DNA from: a virus
Taxonomy: Duplodnaviria > Caudoviricetes
IMG/VR virus record: IMGVR_UViG_3300049479_000276
Coordinates: 1 to 58,510 of that record
Direction: 5' to 3' (one strand)
Length of the DNA: 58,510 bases
The notes below the pieces were generated by a model, which was not told where the DNA came from, made no database searches, and saw nothing but the letters and a program-made list of their open reading frames with translations. Position numbers and translations under genes: made by a program. Positions 26,646 through 35,169 of the stretch are shown one piece after another. Each line of letters opens with the position of its first letter. Within the stretch, counting starts at the first letter, position 1.

Positions 26646-29275
26646 GATACTTCTACAAGTTCCTCCATTCTCTCATGGTTATCCATTGTTGGATCAACAC
26701 CGTACATAGAGGCATACTTTTCAGGATTTGCGGCCACTTCTACCACCGATGGGTAGTGCTCGTATTTCGTTGGATTTGACTCCCTGATTGCCACATTAAA
26801 TACCAGCAAGCCTTTAGTGGTCTTCTTGGAGAAGACATTGATTTTGAGCTGATGTTTACAGATGTCAAAGAAAAGAACTTCAAAACGACCACGCCCAACG
26901 GAACCGATGTTGGTGCCACGGCAGAACTCAGCGTAGCTGGGATACAACCATTGATTCCAGTTGTTGTAGTAGTTACTTGTTCCTTGTGCAGCTTTACAAA
27001 TACCAAGAACCGACTTTATACCTGGATCAAAGACCAGATGTTTATCCATCCAATCCAGCACCGGGTTGGAACGCAGACTCTGCTCCTTCTCATACCGCTG
27101 GAAGAAATCAACATGCTTGGCGGTTTCCATCAGATAGGAACGCATGTCTTCTTCCGACATGTCCAGGAGCCAGTTCACAAGCCCTGGCAGAAGAGGAGCA
27201 AAGATACCCTGGGGGTTGCCTTTGTGATCAAACTTAATTAATTCACGTTGTTCCGATTGTCCGCCCGTAAACGGACGATCGAAAGGAATGGTGAGACGAC
27301 GACGGGCAAGACCAGATGTGTAGTCAGTGGACTGAATAGCTTCATTGGCGGTAATGATGACCATCCCGTGATACTGGAAAGGATCTAGCGTTTCCCCCTG
27401 GTATTTACGCTCGGAGCGAATCCAGTCGCCACCTGTGATTGCTTTCAGCCTGGAAACAGAGCCACCCCAACGATCTGCATCCTGGAACAGCAGTAGCTTT
27501 TTACCCATATATGCCGCTGCTTCAAAGCGGTTTTTCTCCATATTCTCAAAGTCTGTGGAGTAGGTGTTGCTCTTGCCGACCAGTGCTACCGCCAAGTTTG
27601 CGTAGGTTGATTTGCCCGACTTACCCGGTCCAACAATCTCAACAAACTTCTGGATTTCATAGCAACCAAGCAGTGTTGCTCGCAGCCATGCCCTAAGCAC
27701 CTGGGTACGATTCCAGGAATTGTGCTGGGTGTGCTTCAGCCATTTAATGATGTCTTCACAAGTAGCCGATGGGTCGTACTCATACGGCATCTGTTGCGTC
27801 ATATAAAAATCACGACGGAATGGATGCAGCTCCCTAGTGGCAACCTCTAATACACCATTGGTGAAAAGAAGGTATTCGGCTCCGTCATACCACTCATCAA
27901 ACGGGATCATCGACTGGAGTTGCTTGTAGATGTCCTCCAACAAGTTCTGGGTAAAACCATTAGGCAACCAATCGGTACGACAGAGATGCTGCATTTTTTC
28001 CCGCATGGAACCCATCATTTCAACCTTTGTCATACGCTCCCATAATCCTTTGCGCTTGTCGTATAAAAAGAACTGATTATGAGGTTGACTAAACCGCAGG
28101 TTCCCGTTGAACATGGCGAAGACCTGATCTGCAATAACATTTGATGGCAGCCTCTTCACATCTTTATCTTTTGTCCCTTTTGAGCTACTGGAACCCTGCG
28201 CCTGCTGCTCCGGTTTCTTTTGTTGATCACGTGTGGCGGGGAGCGCCAATTCAACGAGAGCTTCCATGTGGGCTTCAATGTCCTGTTCGAGTTGAGGCAG
28301 AATTTCCGATACTGCAGTTAGAGTCTCATCATCAACGTTTTGAACACGGTGATCCTCAGACGGAGTCCAACCATGCTCCTTTGCAACATGAATTAGAGAA
28401 CCAATTCCACGACCACCATTCCGGCTAAAGGAAAGCCAACGCTTATGGCATTCACCTTCTTTGTACTTATCGGATTGCTTGGACCATTCATCCCATACGT
28501 CCAGCAACGATTCATCCAACGAATGAAGCGTTTGACCGACCATGATCCAGATGTCGTAGTCGTCGGTAGCCTCTGGAGGCATGCCCCAAGTTGCTTCCGT
28601 CGCAAGCTTGATGTCGCGGTCGAGACCAACAACGGATTGAATAGCAAACGTGGGACCAATAACCCGTGATGTTTCCTGGGATGGTTTCCCTAGCTTGGCG
28701 TTTTTAGTAATAACGCCATTCAGAATCCAATCCGGCAGCTCAGGCAAATTCTTGGCCCATTCAAAACCAAGGTTTTCTCCTGTGTAGTATCCATCCGTTT
28801 GTGGATGCACACCCATTAGCACCCCTTGGTGACGCTTCCAAAGGATTTCAAGTTTTTCTTTATCTTTTTCTGCGTGCCAGACGTATTTGTTACGGAGGAA
28901 ATGCTTGTGTTTTTCCCGATCTAATTTGTAGAGCTTCCGTTCGCGGCCGATTTTACCGCTGAAGACGGTAAGGGTGGCAGGCAACGCGTCTTGTAGGGGA
29001 AGTCCACTGATTTCTTCGACGAGTTGGTAAACGCTTGGACCATCCACATCCACCCAAACAAGGCCATAGGGGTGATTGTAAACAGGACCACCAAGGACGC
29101 CGATAGCTTTGCAGTCACCTGTTGCCAGCTCCTGTTCAATTTCTTTGACACTAAATGGTTTGTTCTGCCATCCCTGGATGTAGGGATCTTTGTTACCACC
29201 GAGCGGAGTGAGAGGCCAATCCAGCGGGATGAGATCGAGGCGAATTTCACCTGGTTTAACGGATTGGTTTGTCAT
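26642..29275 (-). CDS. Prim-Pol/PriCT-2 primase fused to D5-type SF3 helicase
   Basis: WPLTPL..KDPY..GWQ, WVDVDG, YDIWIMVGQTLH..WDEWSKQSDKY, Walker A GPGKSGKST, RLKAITGGD. Confidence 0.9.
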   Translation of the reverse strand: MTNQSVKPGEIRLDLIPLDWPLTPLGGNKDPYIQGWQNKPFSVKEIEQELATGDCKAIGVLGGPVYNHPYGLVWVDVDGPSVYQLVEEISGLPLQDALPATLTVFSGKIGRERKLYKLDREKHKHFLRNKYVWHAEKDKEKLEILWKRHQGVLMGVHPQTDGYYTGENLGFEWAKNLPELPDWILNGVITKNAKLGKPSQETSRVIGPTFAIQSVVGLDRDIKLATEATWGMPPEATDDYDIWIMVGQTLHSLDESLLDVWDEWSKQSDKYKEGECHKRWLSFSRNGGRGIGSLIHVAKEHGWTPSEDHRVQNVDDETLTAVSEILPQLEQDIEAHMEALVELALPATRDQQKKPEQQAQGSSSSKGTKDKDVKRLPSNVIADQVFAMFNGNLRFSQPHNQFFLYDKRKGLWERMTKVEMMGSMREKMQHLCRTDWLPNGFTQNLLEDIYKQLQSMIPFDEWYDGAEYLLFTNGVLEVATRELHPFRRDFYMTQQMPYEYDPSATCEDIIKWLKHTQHNSWNRTQVLRAWLRATLLGCYEIQKFVEIVGPGKSGKSTYANLAVALVGKSNTYSTDFENMEKNRFEAAAYMGKKLLLFQDADRWGGSVSRLKAITGGDWIRSERKYQGETLDPFQYHGMVIITANEAIQSTDYTSGLARRRLTIPFDRPFTGGQSEQRELIKFDHKGNPQGIFAPLLPGLVNWLLDMSEEDMRSYLMETAKHVDFFQRYEKEQSLRSNPVLDWMDKHLVFDPGIKSVLGICKAAQGTSNYYNNWNQWLYPSYAEFCRGTNIGSVGRGRFEVLFFDICKHQLKINVFSKKTTKGLLVFNVAIRESNPTKYEHYPSVVEVAANPEKYASMYGVDPTMDNHERMEELVEVS

Positions 29276-29457
29276 GCGTCCAGTGGATTCTTGATTTCTA
29301 CTTTAAAGGTTCTATCTGGGAAAAAGTCCTCCTTCATGATGTTGTAGGCATGGAGATGCATAAGTGTGGGTAGATAAAAAACGTCCCCATCCATCGCATT
29401 CATCATGCGACTCATGAGACTATTCATCCACTCACCCATGCCGATGTTGATGTCCAT
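29272..29457 (-). CDS. Hypothetical protein
   Basis: ATGA-coupled to the primase. Confidence 0.5.
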   Translation of the reverse strand: MDINIGMGEWMNSLMSRMMNAMDGDVFYLPTLMHLHAYNIMKEDFFPDRTFKVEIKNPLDA

Positions 29458-29533
29458 CGTGGGGAGGGCCTGGTTGTTTGTCTCTTTATCCTACGGCTCC
29501 CAACTCATGGGGCCCATCAAGCAAAGATTAAAA

Positions 29534-29719
29534 TTACTGAGTCTTATTAGACTCACGCTCTTTGTATTGCGTGCGCTTATCAATTGATTCAAACTCTTTC
29601 ATCATCTTGTTATATAACGTAATCGCATCTTCTTTTGTTACGACTGCTCTTTCACAGGCGATCGTCCATGCCAGGCGCTTCCTGCACTCCATCTTGCCGT
29701 TCGGGTTGTATGGGGTCAT
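29534..29719 (-). CDS. Hypothetical protein
   Basis: Short ORF in operon. Confidence 0.4.
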   Translation of the reverse strand: MTPYNPNGKMECRKRLAWTIACERAVVTKEDAITLYNKMMKEFESIDKRTQYKERESNKTQ

Positions 29720-29981
29720 TGTACCAAGGTGCACGTAGTTCCATGGCTCCGCCCAGTTTCCTGGACTCGCCCGTCTGGAGTTCCGGATCTATTTCATGTT
29801 CAATATAGATTGGTTTGTTTTGCTTTTTGAGTTCACGCTCAGCTTCCCATTGGCTCTCCCATTCGATCATGGTGAGCCGCGCTTTGAGCTTGGCTTCAAA
29901 CCACGTCTTCTTCCACCACTTGATAATGGCTTGAATGATGTCGTTAAATAAGGTCGGGATCATAGACATTACAGTTTTCAA
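29652..29981 (-). CDS. Hypothetical protein
   Basis: ORF in operon; start uncertain. Confidence 0.45.
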   Translation of the reverse strand: MKTVMSMIPTLFNDIIQAIIKWWKKTWFEAKLKARLTMIEWESQWEAERELKKQNKPIYIEHEIDPELQTGESRKLGGAMELRAPWYNDPIQPERQDGVQEAPGMDDRL

Positions 29982-30798
29982 TCTGGGTGTAGTACTCTTC
30001 TACAATTTTGTACCAATCATCCCGCAGCGAATCCAAAAACCTACGAGAGATCTTAAACACTTGGGTGCGGATAGGAGTTGATACCAAGATTGCAGCCTGC
30101 TGGACCTTCATGCCCAGGGTTTGCTCAATGGCAATATCGTAGGCTGCCAACTGTTTGCAGGTCTTTTTAAATTTCATGTGACCGCCAAGCAGATCCCTCC
30201 ATTCTTGGGAGCCCTTCTCCAAGTCTTTAGGCCACTTGCGGCTGTAGGGTTTGACGCTGGTTTTTAGGTCGGCAAGCGTCAGCTTGTTACCGGCAACAGC
30301 AATAATATCAGGAGCGCCAGCCCAAGCACGGCCTTCGGGATCGCAACCCCAGACGCGAGCCACATCGTCAGCACCAACAGTAAAATCAAATTTGTCCAGC
30401 ACGGGAGATTCAGCCCAGAGAACTTCCTGAAACTGATCAAGAATCGCTGGCATACCAGCCCAAAAGTCTTTGTAATCCTCTGGTATGTCTGGATTCTTGT
30501 TCCCTTTGAGGTAGCATTCCATGCCGTAGTGGATGGCGGTACCTCTTTCGGCAGCAGCTTCTTTGACACCTGGATTGTTTTTAGACCACATTTCGAGCTT
30601 CCGTTTATTTGCTTCGGAAGCTGTCTCACTGATGATAGTAGTTACAGACGGCGCAGGTCCAGTGGGTAACGGCGTTGTGTAGTGTCTCTTACCGTTAAGC
30701 GTAATTCTGGCTGCGGTCTTGTTAATCGACCGCATAACTTCTGGTTGCTCGTCCTTGGCTTTGATCCAAGGATCGGATGTATTTATTTTAGCAACCAT
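29944..30798 (-). CDS. PD-(D/E)XK exonuclease
   Basis: RHYTTP...PSVTTII...RGTAIH...AGAPDII...LADLKTS...QLAAY. Confidence 0.85.
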   Translation of the reverse strand: MVAKINTSDPWIKAKDEQPEVMRSINKTAARITLNGKRHYTTPLPTGPAPSVTTIISETASEANKRKLEMWSKNNPGVKEAAAERGTAIHYGMECYLKGNKNPDIPEDYKDFWAGMPAILDQFQEVLWAESPVLDKFDFTVGADDVARVWGCDPEGRAWAGAPDIIAVAGNKLTLADLKTSVKPYSRKWPKDLEKGSQEWRDLLGGHMKFKKTCKQLAAYDIAIEQTLGMKVQQAAILVSTPIRTQVFKISRRFLDSLRDDWYKIVEEYYTQIENCNVYDPDLI

Positions 30799-30849
30799 CG
30801 ACGGTTTTGTATATTGCTGCTAGCTTAACAGATGAATTACCAAAGTGGT

Positions 30850-30954
30850 ATGGACGGATTCAACTACGCAATTGCCTCAATCCTTGGTGCCATGCTCGTT
30901 GTGATTAGCATGGATGCCTACCTCTTCTTCACAGAAGTGTTGTCACGGCAATGA
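30850..30954 (+). CDS. Small single-TM protein (34 aa)
   Basis: MDGFNYAIASILGAMLVVISMDAYLFFTEVLSRQ; ATGA-coupled to hli. Confidence 0.45.
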   Translation: MDGFNYAIASILGAMLVVISMDAYLFFTEVLSRQ

Positions 30955-31193
30955 ACAAGTTCTGGCTTGGTTTTCAAGGGTATTTCTCCTGCGTCTCCTG
31001 GATCCCTGGAGCGCTGCTCAAATTCATGTGGGAAGAATGCCCTGACCTAAAGTTTTGGAAACGACACACAAACCTTGACGATCACATCTGGTATGCCGAA
31101 CGTGTCAATGGTCGCATTGCCATGCTGGCCCTTACTTTCCTCTTGATCTGGTGCATCACCCATGACATCAAACTTAACGAGATTTTATTTTGA
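30951..31193 (+). CDS. hli: High-light-inducible protein-like
   Basis: AERVNGRIAML chlorophyll-binding motif followed by a TM helix. Confidence 0.8.
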   Translation: MNKFWLGFQGYFSCVSWIPGALLKFMWEECPDLKFWKRHTNLDDHIWYAERVNGRIAMLALTFLLIWCITHDIKLNEILF

Positions 31194-31323
31194 GTTTGAC
31201 GAGGACTGCCGCACGGGCTGCCTAGAAGGGCTTTCTTTTTTAGACGTAGAAACTATTGAGGCAGATCAGTACGAAAACGAGTTACAATCACAAGACATAT
31301 CGTACACACGCATTGATCTCTAA
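31162..31323 (+). CDS. Small acidic hypothetical protein
   Basis: MTSNLTRFYFEFDEDC...; TAATG-coupled to the next gene. Confidence 0.45.
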   Translation: MTSNLTRFYFEFDEDCRTGCLEGLSFLDVETIEADQYENELQSQDISYTRIDL

Positions 31324-31922
31324 TGTCTACTTCTTGGGATCGTTACTTTAGAGATGTTTATCCCAAGCTGGGAGCCCGTGGCAACACCTTCAAACAAATC
31401 TTTAATTATCTAGACGAATTTAAAAATCCCCACATTATTGAAACTGGTACGTACCGCGAAGAAAACAACTACACAGGTGATGGTTGCTCGACGCTTTTAT
31501 TTGACAACTACGTTGCTTGCCGTGGTGCTGGCACTGCCTGTTCAATTGATATTGATCCTAAGGCTTGCAAGCTAGCCAAGGACAATACGACAGAAACCGC
31601 TGTGCTTGAAGGAGATTCTGTTGAAGTTCTTGGCGGCATGTCCGACGCCGTCAAGGTCAATCTCCTTTATCTTGATTCCTACAACATCACAGATTGGAAC
31701 AATGACTGGGCACCGGCCGCCCATCACCTTAAGGAGTTGTTTGCCGCAAAGAACCTAATAGTCCCTGGGACTTTGATCGTTGTTGATGACAACATCAAGA
31801 CACCAGATGGCAAACGCCTGGGCAAAGGACGTTTAATTTACGAGCTGATGGAAGCTCTTGGCATCGAACCTTTGTTTGATGAATACCAGATCGGTTGGAT
31901 TTGGTCGGAAGAATACGAGTAA
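31323..31922 (+). CDS. Class I SAM-dependent methyltransferase
   Basis: IIETGT, SIDID, GDSVE, LLYLDS, LIVVDD. Confidence 0.8.
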   Translation: MSTSWDRYFRDVYPKLGARGNTFKQIFNYLDEFKNPHIIETGTYREENNYTGDGCSTLLFDNYVACRGAGTACSIDIDPKACKLAKDNTTETAVLEGDSVEVLGGMSDAVKVNLLYLDSYNITDWNNDWAPAAHHLKELFAAKNLIVPGTLIVVDDNIKTPDGKRLGKGRLIYELMEALGIEPLFDEYQIGWIWSEEYE

Positions 31923-32044
31923 ACCACATGCCTTGGTAGTAGTATTACACCAAGGCTTTTGTTTTTATCGTGCAACAATACATTAGTTGCTACGATATTG
32001 ACATGATCATTGTTCCTGTACTTCGTAAACCCAAGGAATCTGAA

Positions 32045-32251
32045 ATGGCTCTTTCCACTCAAGTCAAAGAAGCAGTCGATCAAGCTTCCAACTGCTTGCG
32101 CGACGCCCTTGCCTTTGCTGCACGCACCGAGCATCCGCTGACTGTTAACACGATTTCTGATCTGCTGTGCCGTCTCGAATCCCTGGAGCAGGTGGACGAA
32201 TTGATGCAGCATTTCTCCAGCAAGAACGATGCTCAGTCCCCAAAGCGATGA
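32045..32251 (+). CDS. Hypothetical cyanophage protein
   Basis: MALSTQVKEAVDQASNCLRDALAFAARTEHP. Confidence 0.55.
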   Translation: MALSTQVKEAVDQASNCLRDALAFAARTEHPLTVNTISDLLCRLESLEQVDELMQHFSSKNDAQSPKR

Positions 32252-32382
32252 AGAGCGTCTAGCTAAATACTTTGCTCAACTAGAGCGAGAGTTTCCGTAC
32301 ATTACCAAGCGTGACGTTGACGATGCTTTATTGCGTCCATGTAGGTATCGTAAAATAATAGAAGAGAAAAAGAATAATCCTG

Positions 32383-32667
32383 ATGCCTCAGGATGATAGC
32401 AAGTATTCAAAACCTGAGTTACGCGAACGAATTAAAGATCGCGTGATGGCAGGTTCTAAAGGTGGTAAGCCTGGGCAGTGGTCTGCGCGTAAAGCCCAGC
32501 TTGTCGCACAGGAGTACAAGGAAGCCGGTGGTGGTTACAAAGGTGGTAAGGGAGAAAAACAAAAGTCCCTGGAGAAATGGGGCAAAGAAAAGTGGATGAC
32601 TAAAGACGAATATGAAAAGCGTGGTAAAGCTAAAGCTGCAGCTAAAAAGTACAAAGAGAGTAAGTGA
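32383..32667 (+). CDS. DUF5872-like protein, N-terminal half
   Basis: YSKPELRERIK...GGKPGQWSARKAQLVAQEYKEAGGGY. Confidence 0.75.
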   Translation: MPQDDSKYSKPELRERIKDRVMAGSKGGKPGQWSARKAQLVAQEYKEAGGGYKGGKGEKQKSLEKWGKEKWMTKDEYEKRGKAKAAAKKYKESK

Positions 32668-32699
32668 TGGTATAGAATGGCAGCTTAAGCAATTCAACC

Positions 32700-33185
32700 A
32701 TGGAAACGTTACCTTTAGATTTTAATTTTTTAAACGCACGCTTTGTGATTGACAGCTCCTCTCCTAGCGGTTTAAAAACTAAAGCAGGCAAAAATGTAGG
32801 TTATAAAAATAAACAAGGTTACTGGAAGACAAACATAAATAAAAAACAATACTCTGTACATCGAATTATTTATGTGTTAAAAACAGGAAAAGATCCCAAG
32901 AATTTGGAGGTGCATCATGTTGATTTTTTAGACAATTCTGGAGAGCTTGTAGCAACGACAACAAGCAATAATCGATTGGCTAGACGAAGTCATCGAGGAT
33001 CTAGTAAGTATAAAGGTGTCCATTGGTTTAAACCTAGGAATCGATGGAAATCGCAACTTCGCATTAATGGAAGAATTATTCATTCGCGTACATTTAAAAC
33101 AGAAAGAGAAGCAGCTTTGGATTACAATGAAGCTTGCAAAAAATATATAGAACAAGAGTATTGGGTTTTAAACGATGTCGAGTGA
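32700..33185 (+). mobile_element. HNH-AP2 homing endonuclease gene
   Basis: YSVHRIIY...EVHHVD...SSKYKGVHW...RWKSQL...EAALDYN; AT-rich. Confidence 0.8.
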
Positions 33186-33384
33186 CAAAGCAATTCAAAA
33201 GGGTTACACCAAGCGTTACCTACCAGAGTCTGCTTGGGCATCACTGTCTAAAGAAGAGCGTCAAGAGACAGATCAAAAGAAAAGAGCTGGCAGCCGCGAG
33301 GGTAAACAATTTGTACCTAACACAGAAACCGCAAAGAAAGCAGGACGTGCTGCGCGTGTAGCAAAACGCTACAGGGATAAGTAG
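33175..33384 (+). CDS. DUF5872-like protein, C-terminal half
   Basis: TKRYLPESAWASLSKEERQETDQKKRAGSREGKQFVPNT. Confidence 0.7.
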   Translation: MSSDKAIQKGYTKRYLPESAWASLSKEERQETDQKKRAGSREGKQFVPNTETAKKAGRAARVAKRYRDK

Positions 33385-33417
33385 TCCCTTTATACTTAAC
33401 AAAGATTCCTTTTTACC

Positions 33418-33567
33418 ATGGAAAAAAAGAAACCCGTGCCTCCCAAGAAAGGTGCTGTGCCCCCTAAGGGTAAAGGTGGTGCATCTGCTAAGCAGACCGA
33501 AGCACGTGACAAGTTTAAAGAAATGATTGCGAAGAAAAAAGAAGCGGCAGCCAAAAAGAAAAAGTGA
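33418..33567 (+). CDS. Lys-rich small basic protein (49 aa, not in ORF track)
   Basis: MEKKKPVPPKKGAVPPKGKGG...AAAKKKK; TATACT at 33391. Confidence 0.6.
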   Translation: MEKKKPVPPKKGAVPPKGKGGASAKQTEARDKFKEMIAKKKEAAAKKKK

Positions 33568-33593
33568 CGCCCCGTGTTGTGATATCCTGACAC

Positions 33594-33707
33594 GTGGAGC
33601 AATTCAGCTCTAGGGGTAATAGTCGAAACCCCTTCCACGTTACGAACGTGGTGCTCAGTAAAGCGTAGAAGGAAGCTATGATCCCGGTATAACAACCGGG
33701 ATTTTTT
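33594..33707 (+). ncRNA. Candidate ~115-nt structured sRNA or attenuator
   Basis: TGnTATCCT at 33580; three consecutive hairpins; terminator atcccggt/accgggat plus T run. Confidence 0.55.
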
Positions 33708-34364
33708 GTGGCATATCTCAACCACAACCTACCGACCTTCACTTGCTATATACGCAACGAGTTTTTGTACAACCACAAGCAGGGTCATGGCGAGGTAACA
33801 CTTTGCGACGTCCATTCTGTTGCCTCCCTGGAGAAACGCGTCCCATTGTTTGAGGTGTTCTTAGAGAATGGCGTCAACTGGACCCGCCGGCCGATCCATG
33901 CGTTGTGCTGGAAGCCAGATGCTCCAGTCCCCGCTTTGAACGAGTGTATGTGGTGGGATTGCTTCTCCCCCTACATTGATGTACAGGTGCGCTCACGTCT
34001 TGCCAACTTACGCGCAGAGCTAATTAACTATCGCGGAGAAAAAAATCAAGGCGTCTACATGTTTACTTTGGATTGGTCTTGGGAATCCAAGTCAACTCTC
34101 AACACTAACTTCAGTGAAACACCTGAGCACAAGTGTGCACATTTCTTTCGCATGGACAATGGAAATTTTTATGCGTATCCCAATAACAAAATTATTTGGT
34201 ACGATGACGCCTGGCTACGCAACCGGATTGATAAAAACCCTGGCTACGAGATTGACCTGAATGAGTACAGTGTTGAAAACTCACGGATGATTGAGACGTC
34301 AGATCGTTTCATGTATGACATACTTTTAAAGTACCGTGATGTAAGTTGTGTGTATAATATGTGA
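33708..34364 (+). CDS. Conserved phage hypothetical protein
   Basis: YLNHNLP...YIRNEFLY...PIHAL..WWDCFS...EHKCAH...FYAYPNN. Confidence 0.7.
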   Translation: MAYLNHNLPTFTCYIRNEFLYNHKQGHGEVTLCDVHSVASLEKRVPLFEVFLENGVNWTRRPIHALCWKPDAPVPALNECMWWDCFSPYIDVQVRSRLANLRAELINYRGEKNQGVYMFTLDWSWESKSTLNTNFSETPEHKCAHFFRMDNGNFYAYPNNKIIWYDDAWLRNRIDKNPGYEIDLNEYSVENSRMIETSDRFMYDILLKYRDVSCVYNM

Positions 34365-34785
34365 GTTCCCCCTCTCTTTTCGATGGGGCTCAGTTGGCCG
34401 CTGATGCGCCGGGGACCGATTCGGCAAGCGCGAAGGCTGGGCGACTCGTTAGGCAGATAGCCTAGAAGGAGAGCCCAAGATAGAGGTGCAGTCCCTGCTT
34501 GGATACGCCTGGTTAACTCACAGCCCGATTGTCGGTACGCCAGTCACACTGCATCCATCTAATTAAGGGTCCAAGCATGGTGCATGCTTTGGTGTAAAAG
34601 ACTGACGCCTCCGGCTTCGGACAGCCAACCGTAAGGTTTAGGTCAGCGCCCTAATTTAAAGGGTACAACAAGGAACGTTGTATTAAACGAAGGATCCCCT
34701 CGGCCGCATCGTAGATTCACCGTTAAGTTTGTGGTAACACAGCCCTAGCGATGGTCGGTGAACGTAGGCGGACATCCTCGCCCTA
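34363..34785 (+). ncRNA. Large (~420 nt) highly structured ncRNA candidate upstream of tRNA-Pro
   Basis: No ORF >=60 aa; TATAAT at 34353; more than 10 helices including a long-range closing helix, two GUAA tetraloops and potential pseudoknots. Confidence 0.75.
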
Positions 34786-34789
34786 ATAC

Positions 34790-34861
34790 CGAGATGTAGC
34801 GCAGCGGTAGCGCATCTGCTTTGGGAGCAGAGGGTCACAGGTTCGATCCCTGTCATCTCGA
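34790..34861 (+). tRNA. tRNA-Pro(UGG)
   Basis: Acceptor CGAGATG/CATCTCG; anticodon arm tctgc-tt-TGG-ga-gcaga; GGTTCGATCC; CCA not encoded. Confidence 0.95.
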
Positions 34862-34914
34862 TATAACAAACATCAATAAACGCCTTATATTAATTACACG
34901 AATAAAATTTATGA

Positions 34915-35169
34915 ATGGCTTGGGCTGACGCCAAGAAACGTATTGATAAGAATAGAAAGAAGCTGCTGGAGTACAAGCAGACTTTGCAGTGCGAGAAGTG
35001 TGGGCTGGATGATCATCGTGTCCTTGAGTTCCACCACGTTGGAGACAAGGATAACAATGTCTCCAGCATGGTAAACCATGGTTATGCCTGGAGCAGGGTA
35101 GAGGATGAGATTAGTAAGTGTATTCCACTATGTTGCAACTGCCATAGGCTTGAGCACTGGGTTAGTTAA
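34915..35169 (+). CDS. Small HNH endonuclease
   Basis: CEKCG...VLEFHH...EISKCIPLCCNCHRLEH. Confidence 0.8.
   Translation: MAWADAKKRIDKNRKKLLEYKQTLQCEKCGLDDHRVLEFHHVGDKDNNVSSMVNHGYAWSRVEDEISKCIPLCCNCHRLEHWVS

Noticed and set aside
32668-33185. Group I intron carrying the HNH within the DUF5872-like gene
   Set aside because: Only 32 nt upstream and an overlap downstream; both halves have their own start and stop
34363-34785. tmRNA, RNase P RNA or group I intron
   Set aside because: No tRNA-like acceptor/T-arm end, no GAGGAAAGUCC or AACAGAA..GGCUUA boxes, and no recognisable P7 R/S elements or flanking exons
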